A stretch of 64,000 nt of DNA from Candidatus Poribacteria bacterium (lineage in GTDB: Bacteria; Poribacteria; WGA-4E; UBA9662). The stretch is from assembly GCA_036339735.1 (NCBI GenBank), contig JAYZAL010000038.1:1-64000 (forward strand). The letters are read 5' to 3'. The position numbers and the translations under genes were made by a program. Positions 54,169 to 64,000 of this stretch are shown here, one piece after another. Under the pieces are notes generated by a model. It was not told where the DNA came from, did no database searches, and saw only the letters and a list, made by a program, of their open reading frames with translations. Each line of letters opens with the position of its first letter. Position 1 is the stretch's first letter.

Positions 54169-54987
54169 TCATAAACAAAAAGGTAACAAGCTCTCGTACA
54201 TTTCCTTGGCGGCATCTTCAGTGGGGAGATTCCACAATCTTTGGCTAAACATTTCAATCGAGAAGTCCCCACAATAGCCATGTAATTCCAATCGATTTAA
54301 GATAGAGCTTAAGTCCAAGCATCCTTGGCCAGGAAGGACTCGATCTCGATTATGGTCACAAAATTCAGCGGGTATGTCTTTCATATCATTGATGTGTACA
54401 TGCTTAATCAGAGAAACATTTTCAATGCTAAGCTGATCAAACTTGGTGGGTGTACAGTAATAGTGTGCCGTATCAAACAATACGCCTACATTTAACATAC
54501 CGGATCCACGAGCAATTTCAGCTGCCGTACGTAATGACTTAACAAACGGTGACCAATTAAACTCTATACAGATGGTAACACCAGTATCTTCAATTTTATG
54601 CGCCACTTCAGCCACGATTTCTGACATTTGCTTTAGCGGGTCGCTTATTTTCTTACTCGGACCATCAGTCCCAACCACCAGAATAGAACCACCCAACTCG
54701 GCAACCATATTCGCATTTTGTATAATTTGTTGATTATGAAATATCCGTTGTCTGGATTCATCAAAACAAGAAATGGTACTTTCAAAACCGCCAATGCAGG
54801 TTAAGCCTGACTGACGTAGCATTTTTTTTATTTGTTCTAAGCTGAAGCCTAATGCCATTTTATTTTTTATTTGTGACAGAGAAAACTCCACCTTTTCAAA
54901 TCCCGCTCTTCGGTAATCGTGCAAACGTATTTCTAAATCAACATCTTGGGTCGAAATAGAGTTAATTGCCAACTGAGAACGCCTCAT
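54169..54987 (-). CDS. Sugar phosphate isomerase/epimerase (AP endonuclease 2 TIM barrel)
   Basis: CIEFN, FDTAH, HVHIND, RVLPGQG, SIEMF. Confidence 0.88.
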   Translation of the reverse strand: MRRSQLAINSISTQDVDLEIRLHDYRRAGFEKVEFSLSQIKNKMALGFSLEQIKKMLRQSGLTCIGGFESTISCFDESRQRIFHNQQIIQNANMVAELGGSILVVGTDGPSKKISDPLKQMSEIVAEVAHKIEDTGVTICIEFNWSPFVKSLRTAAEIARGSGMLNVGVLFDTAHYYCTPTKFDQLSIENVSLIKHVHINDMKDIPAEFCDHNRDRVLPGQGCLDLSSILNRLELHGYCGDFSIEMFSQRLWNLPTEDAAKEMYESLLPFCL

Positions 54988-55266
54988 TGAACACCCCTTG
55001 AGTACCAGTCTTCTGTTTTCCGTACTTAAGACTGTAACTACTACACAATTGAATTTTATTATAATAAGTTTAGGCCTAATTCAACTCAGTATTGGATGGA
55101 ATTAGTCTTTAACAGGTGTGGATTAATTGGAAAAACTAACCTTGGTTGTTATGGTTTTCCGTGTTAGTCAATAAAAATAAACATAATTTTTACTATAATC
55201 CAAAACTAAACAAGGATTGATAATAGTTCATCCCACCAGAAACTGGAAATTCAACGACTAAAAATT

Positions 55267-56088
55267 TTATATTTGAGGAGTTCTCGGTATTGGCGTTTGT
55301 GGCGATACTATCCTTCGACGTTCAGGTGTTAACCTATCCAGCAACTCGGGTGAAGGATGATAACCATGTCGAAAATTACCCCAAGATGGGCCATATCGGT
55401 AAACAATAACGCGGCGTTGCCCTTCGTTAGTTCTATTGGCTGAACCATGAGTACAGCAATCAACAAAGAGTAATGCATCCCCGGCTTGCATGTGTATTTC
55501 AGTAGCAGCTCTCATCATAGACGGACACTCACCTTTTGCTCCCATGCTGAATTGACTAAAATCAGGATTGGCAAAATTACTTTTATGACTACCAGGTACA
55601 ATGACTGTTCCTCCATCGCCTGGGCCAATATCTGTTAAAGCGATCAAGATATTTATTTGATTGCAATGAAATTTACCATTGATATAACGAAATTGGCACC
55701 GACTGATTCCAAGTTGTCCTCCGTTATGTAACCCGATACCTTGTCCTGGTTGTCGAAAATTGAGTAAATTTTCATCAATAAACATTGGCCCATGCATTTC
55801 GTCGAACGAGCCTTCTCCTCCAATAAAAAACCTTGCTCGATCGAACCAAGATGGATGGTCGATCAATTTTTCGAATGGCTCCCCAGCTTCGTAAATCTGT
55901 TGATAGTTTAAACCGTCGTTGTCTCCATAGGTATGTCCATGGATATAACCATACCACTGGCCAGGATTCAATGACGGAATATTATCTGCACACGAATTGA
56001 GTTCATCTATTTCACTCTCAGTTAAAGCGCCTTCAATATGTATGTATCCTTGTAAGTCAAAGAGGTAAATATCCATATCAGTGATCAT
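55267..56088 (-). CDS. PhyH family dioxygenase (non-canonical HNG motif)
   Basis: YLFDLQGY, GLHNGG, DGGT..VPGSHKSNF, VDCCTHGS, RR. Confidence 0.88.
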   Translation of the reverse strand: MITDMDIYLFDLQGYIHIEGALTESEIDELNSCADNIPSLNPGQWYGYIHGHTYGDNDGLNYQQIYEAGEPFEKLIDHPSWFDRARFFIGGEGSFDEMHGPMFIDENLLNFRQPGQGIGLHNGGQLGISRCQFRYINGKFHCNQINILIALTDIGPGDGGTVIVPGSHKSNFANPDFSQFSMGAKGECPSMMRAATEIHMQAGDALLFVDCCTHGSANRTNEGQRRVIVYRYGPSWGNFRHGYHPSPELLDRLTPERRRIVSPQTPIPRTPQI

Positions 56089-56160
56089 ATATTCTCCACC
56101 TTCCTGATGTGTCTAATAATTAAATAAATTAGAATAGTTGACAGAATTAAGCTAAATAAT

Positions 56161-56982
56161 TTAAGCGACTAAATTTAAATTAATCTGGTCCAATTTAATA
56201 TCTTTTCGCTGGCGATCAAGAAAAATGGATACCTGTTGGTAGCCGACCTGTGCCAGTATTTTCAGTCCTTTTTCAAACTGATCTCCGACTCTAGTCGGAT
56301 CATGAGCATCAGCCCCGATTACAACTGGGATCTGTCGCTTTTTCATCTCTTCGAGCATAAACAATCCAGGATTCATTTCCGGTATCGATTTATACAAGCC
56401 CGAGGTATTGAGTTCCATAGCAGTTTCAGTTTTAGCGATTCTGTCTAGGACGGAGAGAATATGATCTTTCAATGGTTCTAAATCCCAATCATTTGGCGCT
56501 ACATTTTTAACTAAGTCAGGGTGAGATAAGGTGTCAAACAAACCAGTTTCGGCAGCTAATGCCAGATGATGAAAATATGTCTTCTGGAAATCTCTTATGT
56601 TACCTGTAAAATAACGATCTTGATACTCCACTAGGTGAGGGTGGACCGAACCAAGCACATGATGTAACTCCGCTCGGTCGTGTAGATCTTCCAACCAAGA
56701 CTCCATACCCGGAGCATAATCGCTTTCCAATCCTAGACGGATGTCAATTCGACCTTCCCACTCTCTTCGAGCTAAGTCCACCATATCAATATAGTCTTCA
56801 AATTGTTGGATAGTCATACGGACATTTGGTCCCCAATTTTCAACAGGATTGTGACAAGTAACTATGATACCTTTCAATCCTCGTTTTTCTGCTACCGCTG
56901 CATATTCTTGTGGTAAACCACGTGCATGCTGACAGAGAGGTGTATGCATGTGAGATTCGTATAGAATGGGTTTTGTTTTCAA
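56161..56982 (-). CDS. hisJ: Histidinol-phosphatase, HisJ/PHP family
   Basis: SHMHT.LC.HA, TCHNP, GSVH, SHPDL, ELNTSG, GADAH. Confidence 0.8.
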   Translation of the reverse strand: MKTKPILYESHMHTPLCQHARGLPQEYAAVAEKRGLKGIIVTCHNPVENWGPNVRMTIQQFEDYIDMVDLARREWEGRIDIRLGLESDYAPGMESWLEDLHDRAELHHVLGSVHPHLVEYQDRYFTGNIRDFQKTYFHHLALAAETGLFDTLSHPDLVKNVAPNDWDLEPLKDHILSVLDRIAKTETAMELNTSGLYKSIPEMNPGLFMLEEMKKRQIPVVIGADAHDPTRVGDQFEKGLKILAQVGYQQVSIFLDRQRKDIKLDQINLNLVA

Positions 56983-57236
56983 TATTTATTCTCTCTGATA
57001 CTTCTAAATTTTACGCTTAGCTCTGACTGCTTCTGATATCTTAGTCATTTCAACCTCAATAGTCTGGACCAATTTGTTCTAAGAGTCAATAGGAACAACT
57101 ACATAAATTGAATAATGTATACTGACCTATCTGGATCTGCAAGAAAAAGTAAATTTCACCTCAAAACGAGTGAAAATCTAGTGAATAGGGTCAAATGCTG
57201 TAATTTTTGAGGTGAAAAGGCTACGAACTATGCTAG

Positions 57237-57998
57237 TCATTGAAAAATTACTGGACTGTATTTCATATCTTCTAAATGTGAAATGTAATAATTATTAGTA
57301 CTCCGAATTGGATCGGCTCGTTCATCACGAAGGTGAACAGCAAAACTCCATCTTGATTTATCCGAAATATTTTCTTGACTGCCGTGGTATGTCAAACAAT
57401 TATGAAGACTGACACTACCCATCGGTAAAGGAACAGAAGTTTCTTCCCACTTTTCTTCTACTACTGTTTGTATACTTGTCCGAAGTGTGTCCTGGTCAGA
57501 ACTAAAAAAATCTCCCTCTCCTAAGAAACCCCATTTGTGAGAGCCAGGCACGAATTGAAGCGGTCCGGATTCTTCACTGACATCACTTAATGCAATCCAA
57601 GCAGTGAAGAGTCCTTCACTTTTCTGCCAAAATTGCCAGTATTGACGATCTTGATGCCAGCCAACACGACCTGAACTTCCTGATCTAGGTGGTTTAATGA
57701 GTAATTGGCTAGCCCACACTTGTACCATTTTAGATCCTGTTATATTGGCAATACTTTCGCCAAGTTTAGAATCAACGAGCATCGTATAAAGAGCGTGGTT
57801 GGCTAAGTGAGCATCGTTAATTTTGCACAACTTGGTATGATCGAAACCAGGGTGAGAGGAAGGTTGAGACCCAGTGTCGAAGATTCCATCTCTTACAGCC
57901 AACATACCTTTTCGTGCGTCCTCGATAAATTTCCGGCCGATGGCTGAACCCGGCAACACACAAAAACCCCGTTTAGCATATTGTTCAGTTAAAGTCAT
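57237..57998 (-). CDS. PhyH family Fe/2OG oxygenase
   Basis: KPP, GWHQD, WIALSD, PGSH.W, YHGS..N. Confidence 0.9.
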   Translation of the reverse strand: MTLTEQYAKRGFCVLPGSAIGRKFIEDARKGMLAVRDGIFDTGSQPSSHPGFDHTKLCKINDAHLANHALYTMLVDSKLGESIANITGSKMVQVWASQLLIKPPRSGSSGRVGWHQDRQYWQFWQKSEGLFTAWIALSDVSEESGPLQFVPGSHKWGFLGEGDFFSSDQDTLRTSIQTVVEEKWEETSVPLPMGSVSLHNCLTYHGSQENISDKSRWSFAVHLRDERADPIRSTNNYYISHLEDMKYSPVIFQ

Positions 57999-58182
57999 AG
58001 TATCGAATTAGAAATCATGTACCTTTCTAACTTGTGGTATATCAGTCTAAGCAATTTACTCCATTTTTCTGACCCTATACTATATCAAATTGAATAATTT
58101 TGCTAATTAGCTTAGAATGCTAGATGATAGGTAGTACTATTCCATCTCTGTAAAAATACGTGTTAGTAATGGTGAGCAATTC

Positions 58183-58809
58183 ATGATTAAGCCTTTCTTC
58201 ATTGGTCTAGCTGGTGGGAGTGGGAGTGGTAAGAGTACATTAGCTAAGTCTTTGAATTCCCATTTGGGCACTAACCAAACCAGTATGTTTTGTCTAGACT
58301 GGTATTACCATGACATCTGTAAACAACCAAAATTGGATGATGGATCAATTAACTTTGATCATCCCTCTGCACTAGACCAATATTTATTGATTAATCATCT
58401 ACAGCAGTTGAAAAAAGGGCGAAATGTGAATGCACCTATCTACAATTTGGCAACTCATCGCCGGTCAAAATCAACCAGAAAAATCGTAAATAGGCCAACG
58501 ATTTTCATCGAGGGGTTACATACGCTCGTTTTGAGTGAAGTTCGCCAGATGCTCGACTTGAAGATTTTTATCGATTTATCAGATGATATTCGTTTTATAC
58601 GTCGTTTATTACGAGATAAATCTGAACGAAAACGGAGCCTACAAACCGTGATCAATCAGTACCTTGCTACAACGCGACCAATGTACATAGAATGGGTCTT
58701 ACCTAGTCGTCGATTCGCTGATGTGGTCCTTTCAGCAGAAAATTCGGTCTCAGAAATGAAGCAAACGGTGCTGAGCCAAATACAAGCCACAAGCAAGACT
58801 AGAAACTAA
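58183..58809 (+). CDS. udk: Uridine kinase
   Basis: IGLAGGSGSGKST, NFDHP.ALD, IRFIRRLLRD..ER, ADV. Confidence 0.88.
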   Translation: MIKPFFIGLAGGSGSGKSTLAKSLNSHLGTNQTSMFCLDWYYHDICKQPKLDDGSINFDHPSALDQYLLINHLQQLKKGRNVNAPIYNLATHRRSKSTRKIVNRPTIFIEGLHTLVLSEVRQMLDLKIFIDLSDDIRFIRRLLRDKSERKRSLQTVINQYLATTRPMYIEWVLPSRRFADVVLSAENSVSEMKQTVLSQIQATSKTRN

Positions 58810-59042
58810 AATAAGAGTAGTTCATTAAGGTATTTGAATATTTATAACAGTCATTTTTTGAGTCAATCTATTACTATTGACTCGGTATTCATTATTGAAG
58901 AGTTTACATTGGCTGTTGTGTTATGTGATGCAGCATTTCATTCAAATAATATCGATTCTCATTTCAACTTGTATCTGGCTAACTTACGATCTCTCTTTGG
59001 TATCTATAAGATACTGAAATTTAGCCCAATGGCCATATTGTT

Positions 59043-60068
59043 TTAGTTAATAACCTCAGTTATACCATTAACACGCACATCTGGTAGTAGGCATTTTACG
59101 TATCGACCATTGTCATTAAAATCTATTGGGATTTTTGTTCGACAAAGATCGGTTTCCCGACTACATCGACCGACATACTTACAACCTCCACTTTGTATGC
59201 TATCAGTATCAATAGATTCGAGACGGATCAGTTCATTCCACTTTTTATCAGGATCTGGAGTGGGAATAGATTGTTTCAGATTTTGTGTATATGGATGTTG
59301 GGGATCGCCTAATACTTGCTCAACAGAACCAGATTCTATAATCCATCCGGATAGCATAACGGCAATTCGGTCTGCGGCATAGTAAGCTGTCGCTAAATCG
59401 TGCGTGATATACAAAATGGTAACACCTTTTTTATCCCGAAGTTCTCTAAATAGATTAACAATCGACATTCGCAGTGAAGCGTCAACCATAGAAACAGGTT
59501 CATCGGCTACTAATAATGTAGGGTTAGTAATCAATGCTCTAGCAATCGATACCCGTTGAGCTTGGCCGCCTGATAACTCGTTTGGATATCTCCCGCTAAT
59601 TTCTGCTAAGGAGAGACCAACAGAATTGAGGACTTCACTAACGTAGGAATGTAGTCGAATCTTGTCAACTATATGATAGTTCAGAGCTGTTTCAAATAGA
59701 TAAGTTTCTATCTTTTTTAGGGGACTAAAAGTCGCGAAAGGGTTCTGAAAAATAGGCTGGACTTGCCTGAAATACCAAGACTTTTTCTCCCGTTGGCTTA
59801 ACTTAGTAATGTCTCGTCCTTGATAAAGAATTGTTCCGCTGGTAGGCTCTACTAATCCTAAAATCATACGAGCGATAGTAGTTTTCCCACTACCGCTCTC
59901 ACCAGCTAGAACAAAAATTTCTGGTTTGTCGGATCGAATTGAAAAATTAGCCCCATCAACGGCTGTTAATTCAACGCTAGAAAGCCCTTGCTGGATTTTG
60001 AAAATCTTAGTTAATTTGTCAACCGATAATAATATTGAAGACTTCGAGTGGCTATCGTTGAGAGTCAT
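59043..60068 (-). CDS. Oligopeptide/sugar ABC transporter ATP-binding protein (OppF-like)
   Basis: GESGSGKT, LSGGQ, ADEP, HPYT. Confidence 0.92.
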   Translation of the reverse strand: MTLNDSHSKSSILLSVDKLTKIFKIQQGLSSVELTAVDGANFSIRSDKPEIFVLAGESGSGKTTIARMILGLVEPTSGTILYQGRDITKLSQREKKSWYFRQVQPIFQNPFATFSPLKKIETYLFETALNYHIVDKIRLHSYVSEVLNSVGLSLAEISGRYPNELSGGQAQRVSIARALITNPTLLVADEPVSMVDASLRMSIVNLFRELRDKKGVTILYITHDLATAYYAADRIAVMLSGWIIESGSVEQVLGDPQHPYTQNLKQSIPTPDPDKKWNELIRLESIDTDSIQSGGCKYVGRCSRETDLCRTKIPIDFNDNGRYVKCLLPDVRVNGITEVIN

Positions 60069-61056
60069 ATTGGATTTTGTCTTCCGCTAAGAAACAAGCT
60101 ACCTCTTGCCCATTTCCCATCGCAATTAAAGGTGGGACCTCTTCCTTACATTTATCCTGAACGTGGGGGCAACGGGGATGGAATCGACAACCAGTAGGAG
60201 GTTGGTCAAGTGCCGGTGGCCTGCCAGGAATACTGATCCTCTCCGACCTATCACCGAGCCGAGGTAAGGATTCGATCAAGTATTGGGTATAAGGATGTTT
60301 GGGTTTTTTGAAAACAGATTTGGCATCGCCAATTTCAACGAGCTTTCCAGCATACAAAATGGCAATTCGGTCTGCTAAATTAGCATGTACCCCCATGTCG
60401 TGAGAAACCAACACTAGCGTGTTCCCCTCACGTTGTTGTATTTCTTTTAATAATTGGACCACACCACGTTGGACCAGAACATCTAATGCGGTGGTTGGTT
60501 CGTCGGCGAATACCAGTTTGGGTGAAAGTACGGTGGCCAAAGCAATGGTTACTCTTTGCCTCATTCCTCCTGATAATTGATGCGGGTAAACGTTCATGAT
60601 GTCCGACGATAACCCCAACTGATTTAGATAATCTTGGGCGAGCCTCTTAGTGGCGTTCTTATTGATTTTTTTGTGGGTAGATATGAAATCGTGAAATGTA
60701 TCGACGATTTTTCGTACAGGGTTTAGAACTTGCATTGACCCTTGCGGGATATAAGATATTAGGGACCAGCGAATTTTTCTCAAATTGTCAGCAGACGTCG
60801 AAGACAGATCGAATTTTTGCTGTGAAAAATTGTATTGTATATTTCCTTCGATAATACGCAGTGGCGGCTCAACTGAACCCAGAAGGGTTTTTAGTAGAGT
60901 TGATTTTCCGCAGCCAGATTCGCCAGCAATGCTTAGAATTTCTCCCTCTTTTATCTGAAGACTAATACCATCAACAGCTTTAACTGTTCGTTGGACCCCG
61001 TATGATTGAGTAATATAGTGGGCCTGAAGATCCTTGGCTTCTATTAAAACTGACAT
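60052..61056 (-). CDS. Oligopeptide/sugar ABC transporter ATP-binding protein (OppD-like)
   Basis: GESGCGKS, LSGGMRQR, DEPTTALD, GCRFHPRC. Confidence 0.92.
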   Translation of the reverse strand: MSVLIEAKDLQAHYITQSYGVQRTVKAVDGISLQIKEGEILSIAGESGCGKSTLLKTLLGSVEPPLRIIEGNIQYNFSQQKFDLSSTSADNLRKIRWSLISYIPQGSMQVLNPVRKIVDTFHDFISTHKKINKNATKRLAQDYLNQLGLSSDIMNVYPHQLSGGMRQRVTIALATVLSPKLVFADEPTTALDVLVQRGVVQLLKEIQQREGNTLVLVSHDMGVHANLADRIAILYAGKLVEIGDAKSVFKKPKHPYTQYLIESLPRLGDRSERISIPGRPPALDQPPTGCRFHPRCPHVQDKCKEEVPPLIAMGNGQEVACFLAEDKIQYDSQR

Positions 61057-61068
61057 TAATATCCCTTG

Positions 61069-61926
61069 TTAATTTACTCCTAGTCGCTTGAGTCGTGTCC
61101 GGGGATCTAGATATTCGCTTAGGCTCTCTGAAATTAAATAAAAGGCAACGACGATAAATATTGAACTGATGACTGGGGCCGCCAATACCCATAGTCTCTG
61201 AGATAATAGCGCTTGATAGTAGTTGCCCCAATAAATCATGGTTCCAATGGTAGGCCTAGTTAGGTCACACAAACCGAGGATCGCTAAGGTAATTTCCATT
61301 CCGATAGCCCACAGGAAACCACTAACGGCATCAGCCAACAGATAGGGAATGAAAAAAGGAAAGTGTTCTTTCAATATAACAGAAAAAGTGTTCATACCTG
61401 AAAAGACAGCTGTGTGAGTAAACTCCCGTTCACGCAAAGTCAATATTTGAGATCGATACCTCTTGGACGGCCAAAAAATATCCAGAAAGCCAAGAAGAAT
61501 AGCTAAACCCCACACCCCTAGTCCTCCCTTTATGATTACAGAGATTAAAATTAGTAGCGGCAAACGAGGAATCACAATAAAACTGTCAACGATAGACTGT
61601 AATACCCTATCGATAACACCACCCAAATAACCAGATAATGAGCCAATTAGAACCGCCATAGATCTGCCAATCAAGACGGCTAAGCCCGCAATAATAAGCG
61701 AATTGCGAATAGAAAAGGTTAGTAACCAGAAAACATCCTGACCCAAAGCAGTAGTTCCCAAGAGATGCTCGAGCGAAGGTGCAAGATTTTTTGGCGTCAC
61801 ACGACGCTCACTAGCTTCATAAGGTGAAACAAAAGACAGTAAAACTAGCAACAGGATGCCAATTAAAATTGTAATGCCAATACGGAATGCAAGATGAAAT
61901 TTAAAAAGCTCAGTGATTATTTTCAT
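61069..61926 (-). CDS. ABC transporter permease (OppC-like)
   Basis: HLLGT..GQD, TM segments, YLDPR. Confidence 0.9.
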   Translation of the reverse strand: MKIITELFKFHLAFRIGITILIGILLLVLLSFVSPYEASERRVTPKNLAPSLEHLLGTTALGQDVFWLLTFSIRNSLIIAGLAVLIGRSMAVLIGSLSGYLGGVIDRVLQSIVDSFIVIPRLPLLILISVIIKGGLGVWGLAILLGFLDIFWPSKRYRSQILTLREREFTHTAVFSGMNTFSVILKEHFPFFIPYLLADAVSGFLWAIGMEITLAILGLCDLTRPTIGTMIYWGNYYQALLSQRLWVLAAPVISSIFIVVAFYLISESLSEYLDPRTRLKRLGVN

Positions 61927-61947
61927 TTGGTATATGAGGTTGAGTAA

Positions 61948-62940
61948 CTATTTGTAACGAACCCTTGGATCTAAAAAAGGATAACTCAAGTCAACCAGTA
62001 GAGCTGCAGTAGCAATACCAACAATTGAAAAAATAGTTATACCTAGAATTAAATTAAAATCTGCCTGAAAGACTCCCATATACAGGGAATACCCAATCCC
62101 AGGGTAACTAAAAACAATCTCGATGATCAATGCACCACCAAAGACAGATCCCAGAGAAAGCCCTAAATCAGTTATCTGAGGTAGCATGGTATTCCTTGTG
62201 ATGTAAAAAAGGACGATTCTCCACTTTTCCAAACCTGCAGTTTCGGCGTATTTGACGTAATCGCTGCCAATAACGGTAGTGGTTAAGGCCTTAGCCATGA
62301 TAAATCGAAATGCAGTTGAGAGGAAAATCAATGAAGTAGCAGGTAATAGACTGTGCTCAAAAATACTGCTGATATATGCCCAACTTAATGCGGGTTTTCC
62401 TGAGGCTCCACCTACTAGTGGAAAAATAGGAAAATAGTAAGAAAAAATCATTACTAAAATCAGGGCTAGTATGTAATGCGGAATAGGATAAATTGAGATA
62501 AATACCTTGTCAATAATTTGCCACTTTACACTTGACGGAGAGTAACCAGCCAAAGTACCAAGAATTACACCAAGTAACCAAGAGATCAAAGTAGAAGTCG
62601 TCAGTAATCCCACTGTCCACGGTAATCCTTTAGCAATAATTTCAGTAACTGGTGTAGGAAAAGAACTTAGCGATGGGCCAAGGTCTCCTCTTACTAACCG
62701 TTTCCAAAAGTTGATATACTGGTCTAGTTGGGTTCCACCTAAACCGTATAGATCAGCTAAAACTTCCTTTAGATTTTCTACAGCTCTAGGATCTAGTGTC
62801 TGCAAACTACCCAAAGAACTAAGAGTCCTTTCAACTGGATCACCAGGAATCATTCTGGGAATAATGAAAGTAACAGTGATACCAATGAAGATTGTAATAC
62901 CCCATTGACTAATTCGAGGTATCAAATAACTCTTGAACAT
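61948..62940 (-). CDS. ABC transporter permease (OppB-like)
   Basis: RMIPGDP, GDLGPS, EIVFSYPGIG, DL.YP.LDPR. Confidence 0.9.
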   Translation of the reverse strand: MFKSYLIPRISQWGITIFIGITVTFIIPRMIPGDPVERTLSSLGSLQTLDPRAVENLKEVLADLYGLGGTQLDQYINFWKRLVRGDLGPSLSSFPTPVTEIIAKGLPWTVGLLTTSTLISWLLGVILGTLAGYSPSSVKWQIIDKVFISIYPIPHYILALILVMIFSYYFPIFPLVGGASGKPALSWAYISSIFEHSLLPATSLIFLSTAFRFIMAKALTTTVIGSDYVKYAETAGLEKWRIVLFYITRNTMLPQITDLGLSLGSVFGGALIIEIVFSYPGIGYSLYMGVFQADFNLILGITIFSIVGIATAALLVDLSYPFLDPRVRYK

Positions 62941-62949
62941 ATTTGCAGG

Positions 62950-64000
62950 CTATTCACTTGCCGTTTCAGGATCGATTGGTGTGAGGTGTTGTAAGGTAAA
63001 TCTCCCACCACCAAACCAATAAAGCGGTTGAGTAAACGGATTTTCACTAGTTGGAAAGCCAGTCCAGTAATGCTCGTCAATAGTTACGAATTTCTTAAAG
63101 CTTATGGTGACGATTGAGTACATATTCGCAAGCCACAATTTCATAAATGATTGACCCAGTTCTATCGAGCGAGGATCTTCAGGGTGGAGTTGATCTAATT
63201 CATCTATGATATGGTCCATTTGTTTTGATTTTATTCGTAAAATATTACTACTACCGTTACCGGCTGTGGATTTGCCGACCGGGGTATAAAAACGAGAGTG
63301 TAGGCCAAAAATCGCCTGCCATTTATCACCTGTTACATCTCCAGCACTGGCATTGCCCCAACTGGAAGTAGATTCGAATTCACCCATGTATTCGCGTGTG
63401 CTGTATGGATCGCGCTGTAACGTTTCTAACTCCAACTTGAGGCCAAATTCAGCCCATTGGTCTTGGGCACCAATAGCTAATCGATAAATGTCTACTTCAT
63501 CTGGAGCTACGATCATGCTGACCGTCCACAATTTACCGTCTGGTTTTAGCCATTGACCATCAGAGTTACGAGCAAAGCCATTTTTCAGTAATAACCTTTC
63601 CGCCACTTTTGGATCATGCTTCCACCAACCGGTACCAAACATTAATCTTAATTCTTTAGCGTCAGTAGGTACAGTATAGCCTTGTTTCCTAGCCCATTTA
63701 GCAATTTGTTCTGGGATGGTATCATCATATGGATGATATAACTCTCCGTCCTCAATCTCAATCTGGAATGATTTTAACCAACTTTCCATGGGATCATGAT
63801 ACAAATCCATCAGTTTGGGGGTAGCTGGCTGAGGAAGTGCTGTCACACGAGCAACACCACCGATATATTCCGTTTGTAGATCTACGATATCTAATGCTAA
63901 GGTCAAGGCCCATCGAACCTCCTTATTTTCTAGTATAGTCTCTTGACCTAAATTGAAACCAAAATACCTACAGGTCAATTCGTTTGGGTATGCCCAAGGA
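62950..64000 (-). CDS. ABC transporter substrate-binding protein, family 5 (5' end beyond window)
   Basis: Frame open to right edge (PWAYPNELTCRYFGFN); VRWAL.LALD; YWTGFPT..NP. Confidence 0.88.
   Translation of the reverse strand, partial: PWAYPNELTCRYFGFNLGQETILENKEVRWALTLALDIVDLQTEYIGGVARVTALPQPATPKLMDLYHDPMESWLKSFQIEIEDGELYHPYDDTIPEQIAKWARKQGYTVPTDAKELRLMFGTGWWKHDPKVAERLLLKNGFARNSDGQWLKPDGKLWTVSMIVAPDEVDIYRLAIGAQDQWAEFGLKLELETLQRDPYSTREYMGEFESTSSWGNASAGDVTGDKWQAIFGLHSRFYTPVGKSTAGNGSSNILRIKSKQMDHIIDELDQLHPEDPRSIELGQSFMKLWLANMYSIVTISFKKFVTIDEHYWTGFPTSENPFTQPLYWFGGGRFTLQHLTPIDPETASE

Overview
Low-GC bacterial chromosome segment with about 55 CDS. I recognised no rRNA, tRNA, CRISPR array or intact mobile element. 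Gene content: seven PhyH-type Fe/2OG dioxygenases, two sulfatases, a PL10 pectate lyase, a BNR/sialidase, LamG/CBM9-like secreted proteins, paralogous ~630-aa DUF6785/DUF6784-type membrane proteins and family-5 ABC transport. This resembles Candidatus Poribacteria (inference from gene content only). Main observations: (1) three unrelated secreted proteins share a gap-free 15-residue C-terminal motif [VI]xxxx[KR][LI]xxxW[GA]x[LIV]K, a candidate protein-sorting signal; (2) a copper operon (DUF3347-TolC-Tat multicopper oxidase) is headed by a Cys-rich secreted leader ORF ending in PRSPP and followed by mutually exclusive hairpins, a candidate ribosome-arrest/attenuation sensor; (3) three PhyH paralogues lack the HxD carboxylate and instead carry D/E four residues before the distal His; (4) a ~145-nt rod-like candidate ncRNA lies at 52.7 kb; (5) about seven pseudogenes, whose nonsense codons mostly look like G:C->A:T transitions. 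All family assignments come from motif recognition by eye, not database searches.
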